Source: Candidatus Aminicenantes bacterium
GTDB lineage: Bacteria > Acidobacteriota > Aminicenantia > Aminicenantales > Aminicenantaceae
Direction of reading: 5' to 3'
Length of the DNA: 64,000 bases
NCBI GenBank assembly: GCA_011772475.1
Contig: WVZK01000086.1
Coordinates: forward strand, 4,406 to 68,405
In this document: piece by piece, positions 24,582 to 34,435 of the stretch
Numbering within the stretch: the first letter of the stretch is position 1
Layout of the letters: every line of letters begins with the position of its first letter
Translations under genes and position numbers: made by a program
Notes under the pieces: model-generated
Told to the model about the DNA's origin: nothing
The model's input: the letters and a program-made list of their open reading frames with translations, nothing else
Database searches by the model: none

Positions 24582-27500
24582 ATGAGCACGAAATGCCCTA
24601 AATGTGATTTTGATAATCCTTCTGACACAAGGTTTTGTGGAAGTTGTGGAACAAAACTCCCTCCAGAAGAAGAAGTTTCGGCTCCTCTAACTAAGACTCT
24701 TGAAACACCCATAAAAGAATTAAAGACAGGGAGCATTTTTGCTTCCAGGTACGAGGTCATTGAAGAACTGGGCAAAGGCGGCATGGGCAAGGTTTATAAA
24801 GTCCTTGATAAAGAAGTGAACGAGAAGATAGCCCTGAAGCTCTTAAATCCTGAGATTGGAGCAGATGAGAAAACGATCGATCGCTTCCGGAACGAGCTGA
24901 AGTTTGCCCGTAAGATTGGTCACAGGAACGTTTGCCGCATGTATGATCTAAGCAGAGAAGAGGGTACTCATTACATCACCATGGAGTATATTCCTGGTGA
25001 AGATTTGAAGAGTACGATAATTAGGGTGGGACAACTCAGTGTAGGGAAAGCGACTTTTATAGCTAAGCAAGTATGCGAAGGCCTGGCTGAAGCGCACAGA
25101 TTAGGCGTTGTACACCGTGATCTAAAGCCCCAGAACATAATGCTGGATAAGCAGGGTAATGCCCGGATAATGGATTTTGGAATAGCTCGCTCACTTAAAG
25201 CTAAGGGATTAACAGGCGCAGGTGTGATGATCGGAACACCCGAGTACATGTCTCCAGAGCAGGCAGAAGTGAAAGAGGTAGACCAACGTTCTGATATCTA
25301 TTCGTTGGGAGTGATCCTTTATGAAATGGTTACCGGGAGAGTGCCTTTTGAAGGAGAAACGCCTCTAAATATAGCCATGAAGCACAAGAGCGAGGCTCCT
25401 CGAAATCCAAAAGAGCTCAATTCTCAGATTCCCGAAGACTTAAGCCGGGTGATACTAAGATGCCTGGAGAAGGACAAGGAAAAAAGGTATCAAGGAGCTG
25501 AAACTATCCTTTCTGAGTTAGCCAGCATAGAAAAAGGCATGCCAACCACAGAGAGAGTGATTCCAGAGAGAAAGCCCATCACATCACGAGAAATAACAGT
25601 AACTATCGGATTAAAAAAACTTTTTATCCCAGCCTTAGTAGTTATAGGTCTGGCAGTAATTGGAATAGCTATCTGGCAGCTTATTCCCGGAAGAGAGCCA
25701 GTTAAGACTTCAGTAGCGGTGATAAACTTTGAAAACCAAACAGGGGATAAAGCTTATGATTATCTTCAAGAAGCCATCCCTAATCTTTTAATCACAAGTC
25801 TTGAGCAATCGAAATATCTGCAGGTAACGACATGGGAAAGAATGCATGATCTTCTTAAGCAAATAGGGAAGCAGGATGTGGAGATAATTGATAAGGATTT
25901 AGGCTTTGAGTTGTGTCGAATGGACGGCGTCAATGCTATTGTCCTGGGGAGTTTCGTCAAAGCCGGCGATGTATTTGCAACAGACGTTAAAGTTTTGGAT
26001 GTAGAAACCAAAGAACTTCTGAAGAGCGCCAGCTCAAAAGGCGAAGGAGTTGGGAGCATACTGGAAAGACAGATTGGTGAACTGAGCAGGGATATTTCCC
26101 GAGGTATAGGCATATCTGAGCGCAAGATAGAAGCAATTCAACCCAGGATTGCTGAGGTTACGACTAATTCGATGGATGCCTATAACTATTTCTTGAGAGG
26201 AAGAGAGGACTTTGAAAAATTCTATTATGAAGAAGCCCGCCAGTCTCTCGAGAAGGCAGTCGAGCTTGATCCCAACTTTGCTGTTGCCTATCTCTGGCTT
26301 GCGCGGTCATACTCTTCGTTAGGAGAGAGAAAGGCAAGAATTGAAGCCTGCGAGAAAGCTAAAACTCTTTCGGGGAAGGCTACGGATAAAGAGAGACTTT
26401 ATATAGAAGCAGATTATGCTAGGGTAATTGAAAGAGATCCAGAAAAAAGATTTCGTATCCTGAAAGAAATGGCCAGGAAATATCCCAAAGAGAAACGAAT
26501 TCATTACCATTTAGGTTCTTATTATGGCGGCAAAAGGATGTATGACGAAGGAATAGAAGAATACAACAAAGCACTGGAGCTTGATCCCAACTATGGATAT
26601 GCCCTTAATTCGCTGGCCTACACATACTCTGACATAGGAAATTATGAAAAGGCTATCGAGTATTTTAAGAAGTATGCCTCTGTCTCGCCCGGGGATGCCA
26701 ATCCTTTAGATTCCATGGCGGAGCTTTATTTCCGGATGGGAAGGCTTGATGAGGCGATAGCAAAATATAAAGAAACATTAGAAGTTAAGCCTGATTTTTT
26801 CCAAACATACTGGAGAGTTGGATACATCTATGCTTTAAAGCAACGTTACGATGAAGCGATGAAATGGATTGATAAGGATATTGCTGCAGCTCCATCTCTT
26901 GGAGCAAAAGGTCTGGGATATTTTTGGAAAGGTTTTTATCAATACTGGCTCGGCAATTTTGAAGTGTCGTTAAGTGGCTTTCGGAGAAACCTGGATCTTG
27001 CCGAAGCGGTTGGACAAGATGTTATGAAAGCCTGGACAGAATGGATGATAGGCTTGGTCTATTATGACAGGGGAGAGCCTGAACTGAGCCGGGAATACTT
27101 TAAAAGCTGGTTCGATTTTATAAAAGAATATAATCCATCATACATACCAGATTATACTATAGATTACAATTTCATTCTTGCTTTAGTAGACTTGAATCAA
27201 GGGCGAATCGATTCAGCAAAGTCCAGATTAGCTGAGATAAAATCACTTTTGCCTGAAATAGATCCGTCTAGTGAAGATCGGGCAGAATTTGAATATGATT
27301 TTCTCCACGGAGAAGTGTTGCTTTTAGAAGGCTCCTTAGAGAAGGCTATCGACGTACTAGTAAAAGCATCGCCTTTAGGAAAACCTCCGCGTATACAGTA
27401 TATAGGTCCCTATAACTTTCCATTTCTTAAAGATGTGCTGGCAAGAGCTTATCAACAAAAAGGAGAATTAGACAAAGCCATTGCCGAATATGAGCGGCTG

Positions 27501-27707
27501 ATTACCTTTGATCCAAACCGTGAGGAACGCTATCTTATTCATCCAAAATATTATTACAGGTTGGCCAAATTATACGAAGAGAAGGGCTGGACCGGGAAAG
27601 CTATAGAACACCACGAGAAATTTCTCCATTTCTGGAAGAATGCTGATGAAGGGCTGCCAGAATTAGTAGATGCAAAAAAACGCCTTGCCGCCCTCAAAGC
27701 CAAGTAA
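24582..27707 (+). CDS. Ser/Thr protein kinase: N-terminal zinc ribbon, kinase, TM, periplasmic domain, TPR repeats
   Basis: Start set to ATG 24582 (GGAGGG RBS). [70 protein letters not shown], and multiple TPRs. Confidence 0.9.
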   Translation: MSTKCPKCDFDNPSDTRFCGSCGTKLPPEEEVSAPLTKTLETPIKELKTGSIFASRYEVIEELGKGGMGKVYKVLDKEVNEKIALKLLNPEIGADEKTIDRFRNELKFARKIGHRNVCRMYDLSREEGTHYITMEYIPGEDLKSTIIRVGQLSVGKATFIAKQVCEGLAEAHRLGVVHRDLKPQNIMLDKQGNARIMDFGIARSLKAKGLTGAGVMIGTPEYMSPEQAEVKEVDQRSDIYSLGVILYEMVTGRVPFEGETPLNIAMKHKSEAPRNPKELNSQIPEDLSRVILRCLEKDKEKRYQGAETILSELASIEKGMPTTERVIPERKPITSREITVTIGLKKLFIPALVVIGLAVIGIAIWQLIPGREPVKTSVAVINFENQTGDKAYDYLQEAIPNLLITSLEQSKYLQVTTWERMHDLLKQIGKQDVEIIDKDLGFELCRMDGVNAIVLGSFVKAGDVFATDVKVLDVETKELLKSASSKGEGVGSILERQIGELSRDISRGIGISERKIEAIQPRIAEVTTNSMDAYNYFLRGREDFEKFYYEEARQSLEKAVELDPNFAVAYLWLARSYSSLGERKARIEACEKAKTLSGKATDKERLYIEADYARVIERDPEKRFRILKEMARKYPKEKRIHYHLGSYYGGKRMYDEGIEEYNKALELDPNYGYALNSLAYTYSDIGNYEKAIEYFKKYASVSPGDANPLDSMAELYFRMGRLDEAIAKYKETLEVKPDFFQTYWRVGYIYALKQRYDEAMKWIDKDIAAAPSLGAKGLGYFWKGFYQYWLGNFEVSLSGFRRNLDLAEAVGQDVMKAWTEWMIGLVYYDRGEPELSREYFKSWFDFIKEYNPSYIPDYTIDYNFILALVDLNQGRIDSAKSRLAEIKSLLPEIDPSSEDRAEFEYDFLHGEVLLLEGSLEKAIDVLVKASPLGKPPRIQYIGPYNFPFLKDVLARAYQQKGELDKAIAEYERLITFDPNREERYLIHPKYYYRLAKLYEEKGWTGKAIEHHEKFLHFWKNADEGLPELVDAKKRLAALKAK

Positions 27708-27718
27708 AAAGGTAACAT

Positions 27719-27808
27719 AAAAAGGGGACAGGCTAGTTTTTCGAAAATTTCGTAGGGGTTTGATTTATCAAACCCGCACATTAAAAAAGTAGCCTGTCCC
27801 TTTTTTCT
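27719..27808 (+). terminator. long hairpin terminator with a REP element in its loop
   Basis: aaaaaggggacaggcta (27719-27735) pairs with tagcctgtcccttttt (27790-27805) with one bulged G, followed by a T-run. The loop carries the REP copy 27752-27779. Confidence 0.5.
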
Positions 27809-27945
27809 TAGACTTTTAGGGGCTTGATTCATCGTAGGGGCTTGATTTATCAAGCCCACCTTATTTAATATGGTTACAAATACCTGCTTTGATAAATCAA
27901 ACCCCTACAAGATAATTAGAGGGATTTGAGAAATCAAATCCCTTT
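27752..27945. repeat. cluster of family-1 REP elements in both orientations
   Basis: Forward copies at 27752-27779, 27817-27833 and 27834-27860. Reverse copy at 27887-27907. Related palindrome at 27919-27945. Confidence 0.85.
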
Positions 27946-27994
27946 AGGTAAATCCAAATCGACAAACAAAAGTTGGAATGTTTAACGCCTAATT

Positions 27995-28660
27995 CTATTC
28001 AAATACCTCCTTGAAGATTTCGACAAGGTCCAACGCGTATTCAATCATGGTGAGAGGGATTCCCTTTTCTTTGGCTATGGTGTCAAACCTTCCGTCTTTG
28101 TTCCCATCTCCGGTAACAATAAGATAGTCTGCGAAAGGAGCTACAGCATCTATCATCCTTTCGTTGTCGCTCCCCGGAGCTCCTCTTTTTGAAGTTCCTC
28201 CAACATGAACGGCGATGATGAACATCTTTTTTTTCTTGCAATTATCAATGATCTTTTTCAACCGGCTCACTTCAGTTTCTACAGTAAGCCCTGATGCACC
28301 CATGCCCTTCAAGCTGGCTCCAATAGCTATAATCACCGTTTTATATGGAGTTCCTTCTGGGAACTTTTCTTTATCCGTATAGACCTCGACATGAAAGCCA
28401 GGGCCGGACTCTTTTCCTGCAAGACCGACGCCCGCATTCACGATTTCAACATCAGGCACATCGCAGTAATCGTATGCTATTCCAGCCTCTTCGAGAACGA
28501 TGTTTATCGTTGTAACATCCGGACTTTGACCAGCAGAGGTGGTGAGCACAGGCAATCTAGCTTTGGCAATTTCTGCTTCTGAAAAACCAGGCATTGTTAG
28601 ACCGAGATAAATAATTAAAAAGAGAGACAATGCTTGACCTGATATCTTTAATTTTTTCAT
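27995..28660 (-). CDS. secreted alpha/beta protein of unknown function
   Basis: Start set to ATG 28660 (MKKLKISGQALSLFLIIYLGL signal). Alternating beta/alpha pattern with no recognised catalytic motif. Confidence 0.5.
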   Translation of the reverse strand: MKKLKISGQALSLFLIIYLGLTMPGFSEAEIAKARLPVLTTSAGQSPDVTTINIVLEEAGIAYDYCDVPDVEIVNAGVGLAGKESGPGFHVEVYTDKEKFPEGTPYKTVIIAIGASLKGMGASGLTVETEVSRLKKIIDNCKKKKMFIIAVHVGGTSKRGAPGSDNERMIDAVAPFADYLIVTGDGNKDGRFDTIAKEKGIPLTMIEYALDLVEIFKEVFE

Positions 28661-28744
28661 TTGAAACACTATCTCCTTATGTGTATTTAACACATTTGTA
28701 TTTAATTCACTACTGCTTTGTCTTGGCGACCAGACAGTGCGAGG

Positions 28745-30517
28745 TTAATTATCTTCCTTCTTTTTTTGCGGTTCCTGTGGCACCAGCTTATCGTACTTAA
28801 CGAGCTCCCTGAGCCACCATTCAGGAAACTCTAACCTGTTCGTTTTTCTTGTTTCAACGTCATAGAGCCATAAATTATTGTATTTGACCAGCAATTGGTC
28901 GCCAAGCTCCCACCAGGCATCAATAACTCTGTTCGCGTTATTTACGCAGTAGTCGGTTAAAAATTTTCTTGCCTCGGCTGGATCCTTCTTGTAGAGCTCG
29001 TGAGCGAATTTATCCGTGGTGGCTGTCTTAGCTACTGCGCTCCCCTCCCACTTTTCCTGAGCCTTCCTGACATCCTTGATAGCATGCGAGTAGACAACCT
29101 GCGCATGGAAATCCACATAATCAAATGCCCAGCGCGCAGATTTTCTGTCGAATTTCCAGTGGTCACCAATCTTGAATGACTCCGGTATTTTCGTAATGCC
29201 GGCATAAAGAGGCATAAAACAGGATGTGTCCTGAGCGCCGAACGCAAGCCATACTATCCCTCCGATTATATTCGGCAACCATTCCCTGCACTGAGTCACG
29301 GTAACATATTCCGCCCTGTTCACGCTTATGAATCTCGTCGTATTATAGGTCAGGCCATCCAGTTCAAAAGGTCTAGGGAGGTAGTTTGGGTTCTTGAATG
29401 GTCCGCCTTGAAGACCTCTAACCGGGTCAAAAGGTGTCCCTTCACACTTGTCCCGGGTGATGCTCATCACATCCTGTACCGAAAGCTTCTTGTCAGGCTT
29501 GACCGAGAAGGGGAGTTCCATGTTAGGTGTATCCGGACTGATTTTACGGGAGGAAGCCACTATATCAAAAAAACGCCAGAGACGGACACGTGTTCCCCTT
29601 GAGCTGCTTGCACTGTATTCGCTCGGAGAGTAAGCTTTCTTCCAGTTAAAGGGCTCACCACTTTTTGGATCATAATAGCCGTTCTCTACTGCATAAGAGA
29701 TAACATTGGGGGAAGCCATGAAGTAATCCTTATTCTTGAGGTCGATTTCGCCTATCCTGGATTCATTCGGACAGACACTGACGTGGTCATCCGGCACCCT
29801 CTGGGCGCACCATATCGAGCCTGGCTTTCCGCTCTTTGGGGTCCACAACGCTCCGACGGGCATGATCTCAAAAATCCAGACCTCGTTAGGATCAGCTACG
29901 GCGAGCATCTCTCCATCGTCATGAAATCCATATCCATGCTCTTCTGTTATTTTTCCCATGAACTTGATTGCCTCTCGGGCTGTCTTGCATCTCTCTATGG
30001 CAAGAAGCGTCAACATTGAAAGGTCAATTTTGGCAGATGGAGTCTCATTTTTCATCTTATCGTGGCATCCTATGGTTGACTCTGCTATGGCCAGTTGCTG
30101 GTCATTCATGTACCCGAACATCCCATGAAGATGAGCATAGGTATGGGGCACTTGAGGGATTTCAAGACCTGTAAAGTTCTCTTTATACTTCTCCCATTTA
30201 AGACCTTCCTCTGGAGGCCACGTCTTATACTGGGAAATATGATAGATTTTACGAGTTGATCCAGGCTCATGGTCTGCTGCTGGCACGTACCGCCATGTCC
30301 AATCACAAAAGCTGCAATCACACGTATGGGTGGTCATTACCGAGCCGTCCACCGAGGCATCTTTCCCGACGATGACCACAGTACAGCCATCGTGTGGATA
30401 TTCTGCCGGTCCCGAATCACAATTTTTACATTCTGGCGTTGTTGATACCTGCGAACTTAATAAAATTCCTGCAACAAACAACATCCCCACGAATAAAAAT
30501 AATTTTTTTGAATTCAT
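28745..30517 (-). CDS. C69 family (Ntn-hydrolase) dipeptidase, secreted
   Basis: AAGGAGGT RBS and signal peptide. Nucleophile context DGCTVVIVGKDASVDGS. Paralog of the next gene. Confidence 0.85.
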   Translation of the reverse strand: MNSKKLFLFVGMLFVAGILLSSQVSTTPECKNCDSGPAEYPHDGCTVVIVGKDASVDGSVMTTHTCDCSFCDWTWRYVPAADHEPGSTRKIYHISQYKTWPPEEGLKWEKYKENFTGLEIPQVPHTYAHLHGMFGYMNDQQLAIAESTIGCHDKMKNETPSAKIDLSMLTLLAIERCKTAREAIKFMGKITEEHGYGFHDDGEMLAVADPNEVWIFEIMPVGALWTPKSGKPGSIWCAQRVPDDHVSVCPNESRIGEIDLKNKDYFMASPNVISYAVENGYYDPKSGEPFNWKKAYSPSEYSASSSRGTRVRLWRFFDIVASSRKISPDTPNMELPFSVKPDKKLSVQDVMSITRDKCEGTPFDPVRGLQGGPFKNPNYLPRPFELDGLTYNTTRFISVNRAEYVTVTQCREWLPNIIGGIVWLAFGAQDTSCFMPLYAGITKIPESFKIGDHWKFDRKSARWAFDYVDFHAQVVYSHAIKDVRKAQEKWEGSAVAKTATTDKFAHELYKKDPAEARKFLTDYCVNNANRVIDAWWELGDQLLVKYNNLWLYDVETRKTNRLEFPEWWLRELVKYDKLVPQEPQKKKEDN

Positions 30518-30590
30518 TTTTTACCTCCTTAAATGCCCATAATTTTTTGAATTATTCACGAAAAAAAAGCTGCTATTTCATATAAATTTT

Positions 30591-32354
30591 TCACTTTTTA
30601 GCTTGTTCTTGAGGTTCCAGTTTGTGATATTTAATAACCTCTTTAAACCAAGATTCAGGATATGGCAGGTTGCTCCGCTTTCTATTTTCTGTGTCATAAA
30701 TGCTCAGGTGATTGTACTTGACCAGCAAGTGGTCGCCCAGTTTCCACCAGGCATCGATGACTTTTTCGGCGTTGTTCATGCAGTAATCAGTTAAGTATTC
30801 GGCTGCAAGCTTCGGGTTCTGCTCGTACAACTCTTTGGCCGTTATATCGATAGAAGGTACTCTTTCAATCGCCGACGTTTCCCATTCTGCCTGAGCCTTT
30901 TTAACATCTTTTAAAGCGTGAGAGTAAGCCACCAGAGTATGGAAATCAACATAATCAAATGCCCATCTTGCAGATTCTCTGTTGAACACCCAGTGATCTC
31001 CTATACTAAAGGATTCAGGGATTGCGGTTATCCCGGCATACAGGGGCATGTAACATGATGTGTCCTGCGCACCGAAGGCAAGCCAAACAATCCCTCCTAT
31101 TGGATCTGGTAACCAGTCTCTGGATTGCGTAACGGTCGTGTACTCTGCCCGGTTGACACTGATAGTTCGAGGAGTATTGTAAGTTTTGTCCTCGACTGTA
31201 ACTGGCCTGGGGTGATAGTTCGGATTGCTGAAAGGCCCTCCTCTTAGCCCTTCTGCCGGATCAAAAAGAGTCCCCTGGTATTTATCTCGTGTGATGTCTA
31301 TTACGTCATGTAAAGAAAGTTTTTTGTCTGGCTTCACTGAGAAGGGGAATTCCATGTTGGGAGTTTCAGGGCTGAAATTGCGGGAAGGAGCGACAAGGTC
31401 AAAAAAACGCCAGAGCCGAGCTCTTGTCCCTCTGCTGCTTGCGGCGCTGGCCTCAGTGGGGGAGTAGGCTTTTTTCCAGTTAAACGGCTTCCCGCATTCA
31501 GGATCATAGTACCCGTTCTCTACTGCATAGGAAATAACATTCGAAGAAGCCAAAAAATAATCCGGGTTCTTGAGGTCGATTTCTCCTATTCTGGATTCAT
31601 TAGGACAAACACTGACGTGGTCATCCGGAATCCTTTGGGCACACCACACAGTACCCGGCTTGCCGCTCTTTGGGGTCCATAAGGGGCCGACCGGCATAAT
31701 CTCGAAAATCCAGACTTCATCCGGATCAGCCACAGCGAGCATCTCACCCGAGTCGTGAAACCCATATCCGTATTTTTCAGCCAGCGATCCCATGGTCTTG
31801 ATAGCCTCCCGGGCTGTCTTGGATCTCTCCATGGCAATCAGGGTGAGGGTTGTTATGTCAAACACGCCAGATGGAGTGGCATTTTCCATCTTACGGCGAC
31901 AGCCGATTGTCGACTCAGCTATGGCCAATTGATATTCGTTCATGTAGCCGAATACGCCATGGTGATAGGCATAAGTATGAGAAACTTGAGGTATTTCAAC
32001 ACCTGTATAGTCTTGCTTGGACATATCCCATTTATTTCCCACGTCTGGCGGCCATGTCTTTATCTGTGAGATATGGTAGATTTTACGTGTCGAGCCAGGC
32101 TCATGGTCTGCTGCTGGCACATGCCGCCAGGTCCAATCACAAACACCGCAATCAGCTGTATGGGTTGTTATTACCGACCTGTCGGCAGAAGCATCTTTGC
32201 CGACCATAACTACGGTACAGCCTTCTGTAATCGGTTCCAATACGATAGATTCGTCCAGGCCAATCCCTGGGTTAATAATCATAAAGGCTATTACCGCTAA
32301 CGCCAGTGCCGAAAGAGGTAAACCAAATATTAAAAATGATTTTTTTAGATTCAC
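30591..32354 (-). CDS. C69 family (Ntn-hydrolase) dipeptidase, secreted
   Basis: GTG start with GAGGGAG RBS. EGCTVVMVGKDASADRS. Roughly 70% identical by eye to 28745..30517. Confidence 0.85.
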   Translation of the reverse strand: MNLKKSFLIFGLPLSALALAVIAFMIINPGIGLDESIVLEPITEGCTVVMVGKDASADRSVITTHTADCGVCDWTWRHVPAADHEPGSTRKIYHISQIKTWPPDVGNKWDMSKQDYTGVEIPQVSHTYAYHHGVFGYMNEYQLAIAESTIGCRRKMENATPSGVFDITTLTLIAMERSKTAREAIKTMGSLAEKYGYGFHDSGEMLAVADPDEVWIFEIMPVGPLWTPKSGKPGTVWCAQRIPDDHVSVCPNESRIGEIDLKNPDYFLASSNVISYAVENGYYDPECGKPFNWKKAYSPTEASAASSRGTRARLWRFFDLVAPSRNFSPETPNMEFPFSVKPDKKLSLHDVIDITRDKYQGTLFDPAEGLRGGPFSNPNYHPRPVTVEDKTYNTPRTISVNRAEYTTVTQSRDWLPDPIGGIVWLAFGAQDTSCYMPLYAGITAIPESFSIGDHWVFNRESARWAFDYVDFHTLVAYSHALKDVKKAQAEWETSAIERVPSIDITAKELYEQNPKLAAEYLTDYCMNNAEKVIDAWWKLGDHLLVKYNHLSIYDTENRKRSNLPYPESWFKEVIKYHKLEPQEQAKK

Positions 32355-32527
32355 CTTTTTACTCCCTCAAAAATTATCTTTCTTAATTTAAAATGAAATA
32401 ATTTTTCATTTATAACATGAATCGGGATATACTACCTCATGCCAAATTTGTCAAGAAGGTTGTATCCACCGCGCGGTGATAGATGGTTATATCCTGCATT
32501 ATTCTTGAGGATGGTGATTGAAAGGAG

Positions 32528-33010
32528 TTATTTTCTTCTCTTTTTTTGTTCCTTATCTAATTCTGTCTTGGCCGCTTCGGCATTCTGATTAGCTACCTGA
32601 AGTTTCTGGAATGTTTCGAAAATTTCTCTCTGCATCTCAGCTCTGTCATACTGGTTCTCAAAGCTGAAAAATCTCTGCTGCAATTCGTTCATCCTTAAGG
32701 TTAAGAGACTAGCTCGTTCACTTGCTTTCTTCCAGTCCGCTTCAAGTCTTGCTTGTTCTTCAATATTCTCCGGCTCTATTTCTTCTTCTGGGAGTGATAA
32801 CATATCCTCGTTGAACGCAGGCTCGATAATTTCCACGGCAGCCGTTCTACCAAGGCTTCTCAGATCATCGTTGGTCACAACAACGGCTCTTTTTCCTTTA
32901 AGTTTTGCCCTTCTCTCTTTCTCCTTTTTAGCCAATTCGACTACACTTTGAGAGCAGAGAAAACTTACGAATAGCATAAACGAGAAGATTATTGTGATGA
33001 TTTTTTTCAT
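32528..33010 (-). CDS. secreted coiled-coil protein
   Basis: Start set to ATG 33010 (GAGGAAAG RBS). Signal peptide followed by a K/E/Q-rich helical sequence. Confidence 0.45.
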   Translation of the reverse strand: MKKIITIIFSFMLFVSFLCSQSVVELAKKEKERRAKLKGKRAVVVTNDDLRSLGRTAAVEIIEPAFNEDMLSLPEEEIEPENIEEQARLEADWKKASERASLLTLRMNELQQRFFSFENQYDRAEMQREIFETFQKLQVANQNAEAAKTELDKEQKKRRK

Positions 33011-33063
33011 ACCCGTCTTTCCTCTGACCATTTTATAGAATTTAATCTCTTTAGTCAATATTA

Positions 33064-34227
33064 TCAGTTAAAGTGTACAACAGCCTTATCCACTTTATCT
33101 GGATCATGATAATAATGACCGACACCGTTTTTCACTACATCTGCATAGCGTGGTACATTGCGGAGTTCGACTGCCCTTTCCGGGAATTTTCTTGAAAATT
33201 GACGTATAATCTCGAGAATAACTGAACAGTGCTGGCCGACTCTTTTTTCCATTGGCCAACCTGTCTCATCATAAGGCACAAACAATTTCCTTTTCTTTGA
33301 GAGGCTCAGCAAAAAGGGATCTTTCCCATCCAACAGAAGCTTCACAGTCTTTGGGCCGGTAGGTTGGTCTAAAAAGGGAAGAGGCGCCTCCAGAAGAAAA
33401 GGCAAAGTATCAGAATAATCTCCGATTTCTCTATGAGAAAGTCCTCGGAATCCAGATGGGGAAGGCTCAACATGGTTATCAAATTTCTCTCTGGCTTTTA
33501 CGGTAAGAGAGGTCATCGTTGCTATTCTCATAGATTTCTCGGGTGCTACGATACAGTTCGTGACCGGGAACATCGTCTCAGCTCCGTGGATGTCAATAGC
33601 GATGTCCACTTCCATCTCCCTCATGATCTGCATCGCTCCGTAGGTGACCCGCTCCATGAGAGGGCCGTTGGGCCTTCCAGGCCATGTCCTGTTTGTGTTC
33701 CTGACATCGAGAAAAGAAAGCAACTGTTTATCAGGATAATGAACATAGACATCCGGGTCCGGCCATTGGTCTAAGGGAGAAGCATCACGGTTTCCCATCC
33801 TGAATTTTTTGCTTCCCCATTCTGTGGGGATTTCATAGTAAAGCGGATAGCCGTCTCCCGGTCTAGTATTGCGCCCCGCGCTGTTGTTGAACTCGGGAAT
33901 TATGATGAGTGTTCCCTTATCGACTAGGGCGTTTTCTACAAATATGAGGGCCGTCAGGATTGCTGCTGGCTCGTTGGAATGGGTGTTAGCCATGATGAAC
34001 ATCTTCCCGCCTTTTTCTTTTCCTTCCAGGTAAAACACATTAGTGTCCGCTACAGTTTCCTTCACTCCTTCAGCATAATCGCTAAGCTTTGCAACTTTCG
34101 TTACCCCTTGTCCAGCCACTATGGGTAGCTTGAAATGCCGATGCTCATAAAGCTGCGCCCCTGCGATAATCATTAAAGTTATTATGATCAAAAGAAGTAT
34201 CGATTTTATTATCCAAACACGAGACAT
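33064..34227 (-). CDS. membrane-anchored AstE/AspA-family (succinylglutamate desuccinylase/aspartoacylase, M14-like) zinc hydrolase
   Basis: N-terminal TM. MANTHSNEPAA (HxxE) and IDIHGAE zinc-ligand motifs. Confidence 0.7.
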   Translation of the reverse strand: MSRVWIIKSILLLIIITLMIIAGAQLYEHRHFKLPIVAGQGVTKVAKLSDYAEGVKETVADTNVFYLEGKEKGGKMFIMANTHSNEPAAILTALIFVENALVDKGTLIIIPEFNNSAGRNTRPGDGYPLYYEIPTEWGSKKFRMGNRDASPLDQWPDPDVYVHYPDKQLLSFLDVRNTNRTWPGRPNGPLMERVTYGAMQIMREMEVDIAIDIHGAETMFPVTNCIVAPEKSMRIATMTSLTVKAREKFDNHVEPSPSGFRGLSHREIGDYSDTLPFLLEAPLPFLDQPTGPKTVKLLLDGKDPFLLSLSKKRKLFVPYDETGWPMEKRVGQHCSVILEIIRQFSRKFPERAVELRNVPRYADVVKNGVGHYYHDPDKVDKAVVHFN

Positions 34228-34252
34228 GTTTTTCTCCGTTTTCTGCATCGCC

Positions 34253-34408
34253 CTACTTTACACGCAAGATCCTCAAAACAAGCGGGATCATGACCAATAA
34301 ATAGAGGAGCATATCGTTTACGCTCTTTTTTTCTCTGATGAAATTCCAGACCAACATGCCTGCAATGTAAGCACAAATGATATAGTATAAAATCATTATC
34401 AAAGGCAT
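34253..34408 (-). CDS. 51-aa two-TM micro-protein
   Basis: AGGAGG lies 6 nt upstream of ATG 34408. MPLIMILYYIICAYIAGMLVWNFIREKKSVNDMLLYLLVMIPLVLRILRVK. Preferred over the overlapping track ORF 34209..34412, whose ATG is only 2 nt from the SD. Confidence 0.45.
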   Translation of the reverse strand: MPLIMILYYIICAYIAGMLVWNFIREKKSVNDMLLYLLVMIPLVLRILRVK

Positions 34409-34435
34409 TCATAGCCTCCTAAGCTTGTTTATATT

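Noticed and set aside
29736-29924. Conserved antisense ORF pair (MRSISPILDS.GQTLTWSSG.LWAHH...) at 29736..29924 and 31570..31758, which could suggest a conserved overlapping gene.
   Set aside because: The conservation is explained by the paralogy of the two C69 genes on the opposite strand. No start context supports these ORFs.
34209-34412. 67-aa Cys/Arg/His-rich track ORF (MNAFDNDFILYHLCLHCRH...) that could look like a zinc-binding mini-protein.
   Set aside because: Its ATG is only 2 nt from the SD. The +1 alternative frame gives a well-spaced start and a clean two-TM protein. The 67-aa ORF would also overlap the deacylase start.
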